A stretch of 64,000 bases of DNA from Abditibacteriaceae bacterium (GCA_965277285.1 OZ255721.1:3584001-3648000); one strand, 5' to 3'; shown: positions 39,418-49,459, counted from the stretch's first letter. Program-made: numbers and translations. The notes: generated by a model not told the origin, from the letters alone.

Positions 39418-42045
39418 TTAGCCCAGGCCACCGTTGATGGTGACGCCGAAGTAGGCCGTCGCCGTTTGTCCCGGGTTGAGCGTGCCGACGTTGAAGGTCA
39501 ACGAACCGGCAGTGTTGTTGCCTGGAGCTGTGCCCGCAGCGTAGGTCGTTCCGTCCGTGGTGAAGGAAGCCACGCCGGTTGGCGAAGTGCTGCCATCGCC
39601 AATGGAGTAAGTCGTGGAGGCGGGCGTCGCGTCGTTGATGACAACGTTCGAGACGGGCGCCGTGCCGGTATTCGTCACTATGATCTGGTAATAGACCTTG
39701 GCGCCGGGTTTGGCCGACTGGACAGCGTTGGTGTAAGGACCGCCAGCCGTCAGCGATTGCAGTTTCTGGATGGACAACGAGCCAACGATAACGGTTGTTG
39801 TGTCGGTTGCGCTGCCGGTTACAGTGACCGGTGTGGTGCCGCTGGCGTCCGTTCCGGTAGCGGTCAAAACGGTCGGATCCGTGGTGCCCGGTGTCGCGCC
39901 CAGAGGAGCGAACACTTGAACCAAAACTTTCTGCGAAGCGCCCGCGCCCAACGAAGCAATGTTGGTGATGGGTCCAGCCGCGACTTCCGAGGGATCGAGT
40001 ACTCCATTGCCGTTGGTATCGGCGTAAACGACTGATGTGAAGCCGGTTGTGCCATCGGTTTTGGTCAGGCCGATGTTAGTCAGCGTGGCGTTGCCGTCGT
40101 TGGTGATGGTTTCGGAGTAAACAATCGAGCCACCCGGATAAACCTGGCCTTGACGGTTCGGCGTTACGGTGAGGCTGTCGACGTTGCTCGTCTTCACGGC
40201 ATCGTGAACGATGTCGCTGTTACCCGAAGTCGGCGAAACCGACTGGAAGAAGATGTCCTGCGTCGTGTTGACCGGGCTGTTGGCCGGGATCGTCACAACT
40301 GCATAGAAAGTTGCCGAACCGTTACCGGCGATGGTGCCCGTATTGGTTACGACTGGTCCAGTCGGGCTGCCCGAATGGATGACGACCTGATAGCCGGTTG
40401 GCAACGCGCCGCCTGGCGTGGAGGTCGAGCTGTAGTTCAGCGCGTAGGTGTCGGGGTTGGCGCCCTTGTTGAGAACGATCAACGGAATGGTAACGGTTGA
40501 ACCGGGCGCACCAGTTACGGTGAGAACAGGACTGGCTTCCGGCCCTTGTCCCTGACCCTGCGTCGGGCTGTTTTCGATATCGACGCTCGAAGTGGCAATC
40601 GTCGTCAGCGTGTCAGTTGCCGTTGCGGTTTTGGTCGGGTCGATGAAGGAAGTCGCCGTCTTGGTGACGCTATACGGCCCGTTCGGCTGAGCTGGAGCGG
40701 TCGTCGGCAAAATCGCTTTCACGATAACGTTGTAGGTCGCGTTCGGCTGAACGATGCCGGTATCGGGAATGCCGTTGCCGTTGGTATCGACCAAAGGTGT
40801 CACGCCATCGGGCTTGAACAATTGGAAGGTCGTGCCAGCGGGGAAGGTGTTGGTGTTGGCGGTGGTGTTAACCACGACATCAAAGCTGTCAGGGCCGTTG
40901 CCAGTGTTGGTCAACAGGTTGGTGAACGAAACCGTGTCGCCCGGGTTGGCGGTCGTCACAGCGGTTGGGCCGGTAAAGGTCACGCCCGCCGTCTGGTTGA
41001 CATGGTAGATCGCCGGGTTGGAAGGCGTCGGGCCAACCGTCGTGCCGCTGCCATCGTTGTACTGAATGGTCGCCGTGTTGGAGATATTCTGCGGCGCCAG
41101 ACCCGAGTTGATGTTGACTTGGAACGTGATGTTCGCGGTCGTGCCAGCGGGAACAGCGGCCAGCGTTGCTGTCACGGTGTGCGTGCCACTGTTGAAGGTG
41201 TAGTTGATGCCAGCGGGATCGACGCCTGTATCGTTGGCGTCGGTCAGGGCTGTGGCGCCCGCATTGCTCGAGCGTCCCGAACCGGCGACATACGTTTCCT
41301 GTGTCGGCAACACGTCGTTGATGACCACATTGGTGGCTGTCGTCGAACCGTTGTTGGTGTAGGTCAACGTGTAAGTGCGCGGCGAAGTGCTGGGCGATGG
41401 GCCGCTCGACTGGTCAATCGCTTTGGTCAGGTTGACAACCGCGTTCGGCGAAACCGTGACCGTATCGGTGTTGGTCGCTTTTTGCGTGGGGTCAATCGTG
41501 CTGGTTGCGGTCACCGTTGTGGTGCTGGTCGTGCCGCTGGCCTGCGCTGCCGGAACTTGTCCCGCGACCACAAAGCTGAAGGCTTGGCCGGGCGCCAGGT
41601 TGGGCGTTTGCGTGATCGGCGTGTTGTTGTCGGGAATGCCGTCGCCGTTGGCGTCCGCATAAATGACGGGCGTGACCGAAAAGCCGCTACCCGCCGCGTT
41701 GACAGCCGTCAGGCCAAAGACATCGTTGCCGTTACCAGTGTTGGTGACGGTGTGCGGGAAGTAAACCGGAGCGTTAGGCGCTGCGGTCACGGTGCGATTG
41801 GCCACCAAGGTCAGGGCGGCGACTTGTTGAACCGTGGTCACGGTTTCGTTCGAGGTCGCGGTGCGCGTTACGCCGGAGCCATCCGTGTAGGTGGCGCTGG
41901 CGCGGTTGCCGATGGTCGAACCGGCGAGGGGCGTGGCAGGGGCAGGGGCAGGGCCAGCAAAAGCTCGCGTTGCTAACGCCAGCGTGAGCAGCAAGGGTGT
42001 CATCTTTGTCAGCGACTGTCGTTTTCTCTGTGCAATTTGCAACAT
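39418..42045 (-). CDS. Secreted multi-repeat DUF11/Ig-like protein (putative major subunit)
   Basis: Signal peptide; TIGNRASATY; repeated HTVTNTGNG.D and YADxNGxG; terminal DUF11. Confidence 0.85.
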   Translation of the reverse strand: MLQIAQRKRQSLTKMTPLLLTLALATRAFAGPAPAPATPLAGSTIGNRASATYTDGSGVTRTATSNETVTTVQQVAALTLVANRTVTAAPNAPVYFPHTVTNTGNGNDVFGLTAVNAAGSGFSVTPVIYADANGDGIPDNNTPITQTPNLAPGQAFSFVVAGQVPAAQASGTTSTTTVTATSTIDPTQKATNTDTVTVSPNAVVNLTKAIDQSSGPSPSTSPRTYTLTYTNNGSTTATNVVINDVLPTQETYVAGSGRSSNAGATALTDANDTGVDPAGINYTFNSGTHTVTATLAAVPAGTTANITFQVNINSGLAPQNISNTATIQYNDGSGTTVGPTPSNPAIYHVNQTAGVTFTGPTAVTTANPGDTVSFTNLLTNTGNGPDSFDVVVNTTANTNTFPAGTTFQLFKPDGVTPLVDTNGNGIPDTGIVQPNATYNVIVKAILPTTAPAQPNGPYSVTKTATSFIDPTKTATATDTLTTIATSSVDIENSPTQGQGQGPEASPVLTVTGAPGSTVTIPLIVLNKGANPDTYALNYSSTSTPGGALPTGYQVVIHSGSPTGPVVTNTGTIAGNGSATFYAVVTIPANSPVNTTQDIFFQSVSPTSGNSDIVHDAVKTSNVDSLTVTPNRQGQVYPGGSIVYSETITNDGNATLTNIGLTKTDGTTGFTSVVYADTNGNGVLDPSEVAAGPITNIASLGAGASQKVLVQVFAPLGATPGTTDPTVLTATGTDASGTTPVTVTGSATDTTTVIVGSLSIQKLQSLTAGGPYTNAVQSAKPGAKVYYQIIVTNTGTAPVSNVVINDATPASTTYSIGDGSTSPTGVASFTTDGTTYAAGTAPGNNTAGSLTFNVGTLNPGQTATAYFGVTINGGLG

Positions 42046-42174
42046 ACTTTCTCCCAAAAATAAAATAACGAAAGTGAAGGACGAGGTGATAAGCGAAGAT
42101 AAGATAAGTAAGAAGGTGGCAGCTCATCTCCGACGCGCATTGTGAAAATTAACCAACGTGCGTCTCAAGCTGTG

Positions 42175-42720
42175 TCAGGGCGCGACCTCCTTTTCGGCGG
42201 AAGCCCGTAGCCGCGCGCGCACACTGACTTGCACGCTCTGGCCCGCTGCCAACTGTCCAATCGTCCAGCGCACGCTGCGATATTGCGACAGCGGCACCAT
42301 CACAACTTTCGCGGCGCCCGTCGCATCGCGCACCACGCGCTTGAGCGGCATCGAACCAAAAGTGCGACCATCGGCGCTGGCTGTGGCACTCGCCGGACGC
42401 TGCGAACTCGATACGAAAACCAATCCCGACGGAATCGGAATCGCCGTTTGCACGTTCGCCAGCGTTCGAGTACTCGAATTGGTAGTTGTCGCGCGATATT
42501 CGATGATGTCGCCCGGGCGCGCCTTGCTCGCCGCCACCAAAGATTCGTGACCGTCTTTGTCATGCACCACTTTGAAAGCGCTCAGCGCAATCGAAATCGG
42601 CGAACTCGAAGTCACGCTTTGAGCGCGCGCCACGTTGATGTTTGCGCCACTTGACAAAGCGCCGACCAAGGCCAGAGATGCGCCCCACAGTGCGCGACGA
42701 CTTCCTTTTTGAAACTCCAT
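42175..42720 (-). CDS. Small secreted DUF11-like protein
   Basis: GGAGG RBS; signal peptide; ARPGDIIEY; YRSVRW. Confidence 0.8.
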   Translation of the reverse strand: MEFQKGSRRALWGASLALVGALSSGANINVARAQSVTSSSPISIALSAFKVVHDKDGHESLVAASKARPGDIIEYRATTTNSSTRTLANVQTAIPIPSGLVFVSSSQRPASATASADGRTFGSMPLKRVVRDATGAAKVVMVPLSQYRSVRWTIGQLAAGQSVQVSVRARLRASAEKEVAP

Positions 42721-43019
42721 CAGAATTGTCCTCCACAAATTTTTGCCATTGCTTTCACCCACAAAAAAGCCGCTGTACATCGAAGATGCAGCGGTCTAAC
42801 AAGTGAAACGGCAGCCCAACTTTTCCAACTTTCTGCACTGTTCGATAAATGACACCGTCTTTACATTTCTTATCGAACTTTGCGGCAGAAAAAACCACTT
42901 TTTCAACACAGCATCGGGAAGCAGGAAAGCGGCATGATAAACTGCATCGCATTCCTTCCTGAACGGCATCGCCTTTTTTACCCGTTTGGTGCTCGACATT
43001 TCGTGGCATTTCTTAGTGA

Positions 43020-43036
43020 TGCACCAGAACTGCCAA
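43020..43036 (-). promoter_or_regulatory. Candidate sigma-54 promoter facing the DUF11 operon
   Basis: Minus strand TTGGCAGTTCTGGTGCA (GG-N10-GC). Confidence 0.4.
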
Positions 43037-43161
43037 CGAATGTTTTTCTGCCACATCGAAAACTCGTTGCAGGCGAAAAACGCAAGGCTCACCCAAAGTC
43101 GCTGTGAAGATAAAAACTCTCTGGCACCAGAATGGCCAGCAACGTACTGAGTGCGGAAACT

Positions 43162-43178
43162 TTGGCACGATTACTGCA
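43162..43178 (+). promoter_or_regulatory. Candidate sigma-54 promoter facing radA
   Basis: TTGGCACGATTACTGCA, close to consensus TGGCACG-N4-TTGC. Confidence 0.45.
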
Positions 43179-43275
43179 AATGAGGGACGCCTTTTTGTTA
43201 ACGCATCCGAAAATAGTACGCTGTTGCAACACGTTTCTCTGATTGATGTTCGGTTTTGCACGTTTTTAATTGTTC

Positions 43276-44952
43276 ATGGCTAAAATTTCGACGCGTTATG
43301 TTTGCCAATCGTGCGGTTACAATGCGCCGCGCTGGATCGGCAAATGCCCCGAATGCGGCGCGTTCAATACCTTTGCCGAAGAAAAGGTCGCGCCCACGCC
43401 GCGCGGCGCATCATCTTTTGCGCCTTCGACTTCTCGCGGCGTCTATCGTGGCACAAGCGTGTCGCGGCCTCAATCGCTGTCGGCGACAAGTTCATCGCAA
43501 CGCGCGCGGCTTTCGACCGATATTCCAGAATTTGATCGAGTACTCGGCGGCGGCCTGGTGCCAGGTTCGCTGGTGCTCATCGGCGGCGACCCAGGAATTG
43601 GGAAATCGACGTTGTTGCTGGAAGCGGCTGTGCGTTTGGCTGCCAAACATGGAATAGGAATCTACGCCTCGGGCGAAGAAAGCGCCGAACAAATTCGCCT
43701 GCGCGCCGACCGTTTAGGTCTGAGATCGGACAATTTGTTGCTTCTCGCGGAAACGGATTTGTCGGTCATCGAAAGCCACATCCGCGACGTGAAGCCCAGC
43801 TTTGCAATTTTGGACAGCGTTCAAACCGTGTCGCATCCGGCATTGGACAGTGCGGCGGGAACACTCACGCAAGTGCGCGAAGTGGCGACCGCGATGCAGC
43901 GCGTGGCGAAGGAAGATGGCGTGCCAGTTTTTCTGGTCGGGCACGTTAACAAGGAAGGAAATCTGGCGGGGCCGCGCGCTTTGGAACACATCGTCGATGC
44001 GGTTTTGCAACTGGAAGGCGACGAAAACTACAATTTCCGTATTTTGCGCGCGACGAAAAATCGTTTCGGTTCGACCAATGAAATGGGCGTTTTCGAGATG
44101 ACAGAACGTGGCATGGAAGGTGTTTCCAATCCCAGCGAACTGTTTCTTTCGGAGCGCCAAAGTCAATCGCCAGGCAGCGTTGTGGTGGCGACGGTCGAAG
44201 GTTCCAGGCCGCTTTTGGTGGAAGTTCAAGCGTTGTGCGCGCCCAGTTATTTCACCAGTCCGCGACGCACGGTGACGGGCGCCGATTTCAATCGCGTCAA
44301 TGTGGCACTGGCGGTTATCGAAAAGCGTTTGGGAATGCGCTTGGGCGATATGGACGTTTATGTGAACGTTGTCGGCGGCATTCGAGTACTCGAACCGGCG
44401 CTCGATCTGGGAATCGCGCTGGCGGTCATTTCGAGTTTGCATGATGCGCCTTTGCCGCCCGATGTCTGCGTTTTTGGCGAAGTCGGATTGGCAGGCGAAG
44501 TGCGCGCGGTTTCGCATGCGGACAGGCGCGCGATGGAAGCGGAACGATTAGGGTTCAAAAAATGCGTTTTGCCGCGCGTTTCGGCACAAAAGCTGAGCGC
44601 GAAAGATGGCTTGAAGCTGGTGGCTGCCGCAACGCTTCATGATGCCGTTGAAAGTTTGTTGCCGCAGGTTTTGGAAGGGCGACGACGCACGAAAAACGAC
44701 TCGCCACAAAGTAAAAAGAACGAAAGCGCGCCGCGAGCGTTGCAGGCACGCGATGGCGAAGGGCGTTCCGCTTCGAGGCTGTCCAATCAACCCGTATCGA
44801 GTACTCGATTAAGCAACAATCGCAGCAAAAACGATCTGAATAAAAACGGAAATCACGAAAACAGTTACAGTGAAGACGACACGGAAGATTTTTCGAGGAG
44901 CATTTATGAACGCGACGACGAAAATGGCGCGAACTGGCTGGACAACTCTTGA
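43276..44952 (+). CDS. radA: DNA repair protein RadA/Sms with a long disordered C-terminal tail
   Basis: CQSCG..CPECG zinc finger; GGDPGIGKST; KNRFG; Lon-like GEVGLAGE. Confidence 0.97.
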   Translation: MAKISTRYVCQSCGYNAPRWIGKCPECGAFNTFAEEKVAPTPRGASSFAPSTSRGVYRGTSVSRPQSLSATSSSQRARLSTDIPEFDRVLGGGLVPGSLVLIGGDPGIGKSTLLLEAAVRLAAKHGIGIYASGEESAEQIRLRADRLGLRSDNLLLLAETDLSVIESHIRDVKPSFAILDSVQTVSHPALDSAAGTLTQVREVATAMQRVAKEDGVPVFLVGHVNKEGNLAGPRALEHIVDAVLQLEGDENYNFRILRATKNRFGSTNEMGVFEMTERGMEGVSNPSELFLSERQSQSPGSVVVATVEGSRPLLVEVQALCAPSYFTSPRRTVTGADFNRVNVALAVIEKRLGMRLGDMDVYVNVVGGIRVLEPALDLGIALAVISSLHDAPLPPDVCVFGEVGLAGEVRAVSHADRRAMEAERLGFKKCVLPRVSAQKLSAKDGLKLVAAATLHDAVESLLPQVLEGRRRTKNDSPQSKKNESAPRALQARDGEGRSASRLSNQPVSSTRLSNNRSKNDLNKNGNHENSYSEDDTEDFSRSIYERDDENGANWLDNS

Positions 44953-46234
44953 TTCGCCGCCGCGTGAACGGAGCGACATATCCGTCAGCGCAGCAGCAAT
45001 CAATCGAATTCTTTATTTGATGACGACGGCGTTGTTCTTCGTCATCGGCGGCGCGACGGGTTGGTTCGGCGGGCGCGCTTATGCGCTCAATACGGCGGGC
45101 AATAACGTTCTGATGCGCGATGGAATGTCGATTACCATCGCGGTTGGTTCGGCGATTGTGATGGCGCGCGTCGGTTCGTGGCTCGCCGACCGCATGATTG
45201 CGGGAATTGGGCGCGTGCATCAAATGTCGGTCGCGGATCGCGTACTCGGAATCATCGGAATTTTGCTCGGTTTGCTTTTCGGTTCGCTGGTTTCGCTGGC
45301 GATTCCCAATACCGCCGCTTGGATTACTCCCCTCAAGCTGATTATTATGGCGGTGTCGTCGGCGCTGGGATTGGCGCTGTTGCAGGGAATGCGCGACGAA
45401 GTGTTGCGCGCTTTTCCCCTGTTGGGCGAGCGCGATGAACATGGTTTGGGAGCCGAAGCGAAGTTTCTCGACACCAACATTATCATAGATGGCCGCATCG
45501 TCGAACTGTGTCGCAGCGGCTTTATCGAAGGGCCGTTGTATGTGCCGTTCTTCGTGTTGAACGAGTTGCAATACATCGCCGATTCCGCTGATTCGATGCG
45601 CCGCACGCGCGGTCGTCGCGGACTGGAAACGCTCAACACGATGCGCGAAATCATGGTGACGGACAACTCGCACGGCCATGGCCACAAAGAAGAACCGCAA
45701 CCTTTGATTCATATTTTGAACGAAGTGCCGCCTTCGGTGACGCGCACCGAAACCGTCGATGCGAAGTTGGTTGTCCTGGCGCGCGAAACCGGCGGCTCGA
45801 TTTTGACCAACGATTTTAACTTGAATCGCGTGGCTGGTTTGCAAGGCATTCGCGTCCTCAATGTGAACGCGCTGGCGTTGGCGCTCAAACCTGTGGTGTT
45901 CCCGGGCGAAGAATTAACGATTGCGATTTCGCGCGAAGGCAAAGAGCCGGGCCAGGGCTTGGGTTATTTAGACGATGGCACGATGGTTGTCGTCAGCGAT
46001 GCGCGCGCTTACGTTGGGCAGGTTTGCGTCGTGACGATTTTGCAAGTGATTCAAACCGTCGCGGGCAAAATGATTTTCGCCGAAATGGGCGCCGCCAAAG
46101 ACCCGAAAACGACGGAAAACAAAGGACAGCGCGGCGCGGGCGACGACTTGTTCAATGAAGGAAAAACGGGGAAAAATGGCGACGATCTCGGTTATCGTTC
46201 CGGCGGCGGGATGCGGCGCAAGAGCCGCTCTTAA
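44906..46234 (+). CDS. PIN/TRAM membrane protein (YacL-like)
   Basis: TM helices; LDTNIIIDGRI; RGRRGL; TNDFNL; GYLDDGTMVVV; GAGGAG RBS before ATG 44906. Confidence 0.9.
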   Translation: MNATTKMARTGWTTLDSPPRERSDISVSAAAINRILYLMTTALFFVIGGATGWFGGRAYALNTAGNNVLMRDGMSITIAVGSAIVMARVGSWLADRMIAGIGRVHQMSVADRVLGIIGILLGLLFGSLVSLAIPNTAAWITPLKLIIMAVSSALGLALLQGMRDEVLRAFPLLGERDEHGLGAEAKFLDTNIIIDGRIVELCRSGFIEGPLYVPFFVLNELQYIADSADSMRRTRGRRGLETLNTMREIMVTDNSHGHGHKEEPQPLIHILNEVPPSVTRTETVDAKLVVLARETGGSILTNDFNLNRVAGLQGIRVLNVNALALALKPVVFPGEELTIAISREGKEPGQGLGYLDDGTMVVVSDARAYVGQVCVVTILQVIQTVAGKMIFAEMGAAKDPKTTENKGQRGAGDDLFNEGKTGKNGDDLGYRSGGGMRRKSRS

Positions 46235-46958
46235 CGGCAACAAAGTCTTAGCGCCCGTTCTTGGTCGACCTCTTTTGTGGTGGACGTTGCGCGCTTTATC
46301 GGCGCAAACCAACTTCGGCGAATCGAGTACTCGAACCGCGACAATCGTCGAAATGATTGTCGCCGTGCGCGATGAAGAACGCAACGTGGTGCGCGCAATC
46401 TATGATGAAACTTCATCTGCATTACCTTTGCGATTCGCGCGCGGCGGCGCCACGCGAGCCGAATCGGTGCGCGCGGCGATTGAAATCTCTAATGGCGATT
46501 TCGTTTTAGTTCACGATGCGGCGCGTCCATGCTTAACGCCCGAAATCACCAGCCGCGTTGTCGCATCGGCTTTGCAAAACGGCGCAGCGATTGCGGCCTT
46601 GCCTGCCGATGACACCGTGAAACACGTTGTTGTAGAAGGCGAAAACACATTCATCGAAGCGACTTTGGATCGTAGCCACATTTATCTGGCGCAAACGCCG
46701 CAAATGTTTCGGCGCGATTGGCTCCGACAAGCCTTTGAGTTCGCCGCGACGCAAAATTGGCAAGGCACCGACTGTGCTTCTTACGTGGAACATTGGGCGC
46801 GTAACTCGCACGATTTGCATCGAGATCGAGTACTCGATAATGTTCCCAAACGCGTCGCCATTGTGCGCGGCGATGCGCGTAATATCAAGGTGACATACGC
46901 CGACGATTTGGAACGCGCCGCACATTGGCTGACGTTATCTGAAATTTCCACCGCTTAA
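46176..46958 (+). CDS. ispD: 2-C-methyl-D-erythritol 4-phosphate cytidylyltransferase
   Basis: PAAGCGAR, GGATRAESV, VHDAARP, AQTPQ, NIKVT. Confidence 0.93.
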   Translation: MATISVIVPAAGCGARAALNGNKVLAPVLGRPLLWWTLRALSAQTNFGESSTRTATIVEMIVAVRDEERNVVRAIYDETSSALPLRFARGGATRAESVRAAIEISNGDFVLVHDAARPCLTPEITSRVVASALQNGAAIAALPADDTVKHVVVEGENTFIEATLDRSHIYLAQTPQMFRRDWLRQAFEFAATQNWQGTDCASYVEHWARNSHDLHRDRVLDNVPKRVAIVRGDARNIKVTYADDLERAAHWLTLSEISTA

Positions 46959-46992
46959 CCTGAACTCTCACCTGAACTCTCAATTGATTAAC

Positions 46993-47250
46993 ATGAGCGA
47001 ACCTAAACATCCGATTCCGACAGTGCCGCAACTGTGCGCTTTGTGCGGCGGCGAAATGGTTCAAGTCGAAATTGCCAATAGCGATGCGCGAATTTCTCTG
47101 GTTGGCGAAGGTGCTGGGCGTTTTGTTTCGCGCGATGCTTTGGTGCCGCTCGAACGTGCGCACGTTTGTACGCAATGTGGCCAAACGCAGCTTTTCGCTG
47201 ACCCGGAAAAAGTGCGCCGCCGCATTCTCAGCCGCTTTCCCACGCGCTGA
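46993..47250 (+). CDS. Small zinc-ribbon protein
   Basis: CALCGGEM ... VCTQCG. Confidence 0.65.
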   Translation: MSEPKHPIPTVPQLCALCGGEMVQVEIANSDARISLVGEGAGRFVSRDALVPLERAHVCTQCGQTQLFADPEKVRRRILSRFPTR

Positions 47251-47342
47251 AACGCTTGGTTGGTCACGGTCTCAAATTGACAATAGCGGCTGAAGGTGTT
47301 ACGATTTTTCGACACCTCAGCCGCTTTCCGAACTACATTTTG

Positions 47343-47900
47343 ATGACTTCTACGCCTTCTTCCGACCTTATTACGGACGCTTCTTCGCCGCAGGTTTCGG
47401 TATCTTCCACGACATCGCGCGTTCCTTTTCGCGTTGGCGTCGGTTACGACAGTCATCGCCTGGCCGAAGGTCGTCGCCTGGTTTTGGGCGGCGTGCAAAT
47501 CCCTTTTGACAAAGGCTTGGTCGGTCATTCGGACGCCGATGTCGTGCTACACGCGATTGGCGATGCCTTGTGCGGAGCTGCGGGTTTGCCTGACATCGGC
47601 CAAATGTTCCCCGACGATAAAAATGAATGGCAGGACGCCGACAGCCGCGATTTGCTGGCTCAAATCAACTATCGAGTACTCGAAAGCGGCTGGCAAATTG
47701 GCAATGTGGACGCGGTTCTCATCGCTCAAAAACCGAAGATTGCGCCGTATGTCAAACAAATGCGCAGTGTTATTGCGGACGTCTTAAAAGCTGATGTGGA
47801 ACAAGTCAATGTGCGTGGCAAAACGGCGGAAGGTTTGGGCGCTTTGGGCGCCGGTGAAGGCATGGCATGTCACGCCATTTGTTTGTTGTGGCGAAAATAA
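47343..47900 (+). CDS. ispF: 2-C-methyl-D-erythritol 2,4-cyclodiphosphate synthase
   Basis: RVGVGYDSH, GHSDADV, DIGQMFP, KTAEGLG. Confidence 0.95.
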   Translation: MTSTPSSDLITDASSPQVSVSSTTSRVPFRVGVGYDSHRLAEGRRLVLGGVQIPFDKGLVGHSDADVVLHAIGDALCGAAGLPDIGQMFPDDKNEWQDADSRDLLAQINYRVLESGWQIGNVDAVLIAQKPKIAPYVKQMRSVIADVLKADVEQVNVRGKTAEGLGALGAGEGMACHAICLLWRK

Positions 47901-47942
47901 TTGTGGATATTGCACAAAAATCTCTCAAAAGAGGACAACGAT

Positions 47943-48560
47943 ATGGCAACGATTAACTTACAGGCTCGCGGTTGTGAAGTGGATGATGCGATGCAAACGC
48001 ATTTTGAAGAAAAAATTGAAAGCCTGGAAGAGCATTGGACGGGCGAAGTTGAAGCGCAGGTGCGGATTGCTCTGCATCGGGGACGCTACTCCGCAGAGAT
48101 CACGCTCCTTTCGGGTGGATTGCTGATGCGCGGTGAAGAGCGCGCCTCCAATGTGCGCCAGGCGTTCGATGCGGCGGTTGAAAAACTGGATGGGCAACTA
48201 CATCGTTTCAAAGAAAAGTCGCAGGGACGCACGCGTCGCCATGACAACCGCGACGATGTGGCGGGCACGATTACTCATCAGTTGCGCATCGGCGCCGGTG
48301 TCGCGCCGGACGGCATTAGCACGCACGAAAGCAACGGTTCGAGTACTGGATCGCAGGACGCGAACGGTCACGAGGACGATGGCGTGGTGCGTGTCAAGCG
48401 TTTTTCGCTGAAGCCGATGTCGCCCGAAGAAGCATCGTTGCAGATGGGACTTCTGGGACATTCGTTTTTCGTTTTTCGTGACGCAAAAAGCGACCAGGTG
48501 AGCGTTGTTTATCGTCGCCGCGATGGTGGTTTCGGTTTGATTGAGCCAGTTTCGGATTGA
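47943..48560 (+). CDS. hpf: Long ribosome hibernation factor (HPF/RaiA, S30AE C-terminus)
   Basis: AFDAAVEKLDGQL; KPMSPEEASLQMGLLGHSFFVF; VVYRRRDG. Confidence 0.92.
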   Translation: MATINLQARGCEVDDAMQTHFEEKIESLEEHWTGEVEAQVRIALHRGRYSAEITLLSGGLLMRGEERASNVRQAFDAAVEKLDGQLHRFKEKSQGRTRRHDNRDDVAGTITHQLRIGAGVAPDGISTHESNGSSTGSQDANGHEDDGVVRVKRFSLKPMSPEEASLQMGLLGHSFFVFRDAKSDQVSVVYRRRDGGFGLIEPVSD

Positions 48561-48588
48561 TGGAAAATCAGGTTTTTAGGAGAAAAAA

Positions 48589-49335
48589 ATGCCAGAGCGA
48601 GTGTGGACGCGCGAAAAATTAGTGGAAGAAATTCAGCGTTTGAACGAGCAGGGCGTTGACCTTTCGCCGACAGCGATTCAGAAAACGCATGGCGCCTTGT
48701 TTTCTTCGGCGCGTTCTCGCTCTCACTTCGGCAATTGGCGCGCAGCGATTGTTGCCGCAGGTTTGGATTACAATCGCATCAAGCGCGTCAAGCAGCGATG
48801 GAGTCCAGACAGCATCGTCGCGCAGATTCAAGCCTGTGATGCTGTAGGCGAAGATTTATTGCATCCCGATTTCAAGGTGCGCCACCGCAATTTGTATTTG
48901 GCGGCGTGTGCGCATCGCTATTTCGGTTCGTGGCGGCGCGCTTTATTGGCTGCCGGTTTGAATCACGAAAAAATGCGCGAAAGCCGCGTTTGGACAAAAG
49001 CGCGCATTCAACGCACGATTCAGGAAATGGCGACCAACGGCGAATCGTTGTCGTGGTCGTCGGTCGAGGAAAAGTGTCCGGGCATTTATCGCGCCGCGCG
49101 CCGCCGCGAAAACTTCGGTTCATGGCATCGCGCGTTGCTGGAGGCTGGAGTAGCTTCTTCTGGTCGCCGTCGCGGTCGCCGTCCTAATGCGTCGAAAGCG
49201 ATGGATGCAACGGTGAACGAATTGACGCACGTCCACGATAACAAATTGGACGCACCCGCCTCGCCGAAAATGTACGGCGTGCCGGACGCGCTGTCTTCGT
49301 CGCGTCTCCAATCGCGCGACGGAACCAAACGCTAA
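48589..49335 (+). CDS. Protein with three repeats of about 65 aa (W..E.I...FGSW..AL.AAG), putatively DNA-binding
   Basis: Repeats end HFGNWRAAIVAAG, YFGSWRRALLAAG, NFGSWHRALLEAG; RRRGRRP tail. Confidence 0.75.
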   Translation: MPERVWTREKLVEEIQRLNEQGVDLSPTAIQKTHGALFSSARSRSHFGNWRAAIVAAGLDYNRIKRVKQRWSPDSIVAQIQACDAVGEDLLHPDFKVRHRNLYLAACAHRYFGSWRRALLAAGLNHEKMRESRVWTKARIQRTIQEMATNGESLSWSSVEEKCPGIYRAARRRENFGSWHRALLEAGVASSGRRRGRRPNASKAMDATVNELTHVHDNKLDAPASPKMYGVPDALSSSRLQSRDGTKR

Positions 49336-49347
49336 TGCAACACGATG

Positions 49348-49387
49348 ACGAAAACGCCGCGCTTCTTAACAAGCGCGGCGTTTTCGT
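49348..49387 (+). terminator. Rho-independent terminator
   Basis: ACGAAAACGCCGCGCTT..AAGCGCGGCGTTTTCGT. Confidence 0.7.
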
Positions 49388-49459
49388 TTCTTTTTGGAAC
49401 TGGTTTGGAAAGGCTGCGGCATATATCAGATAAAGGTCAATAGGCTACATGAGAGTCTA

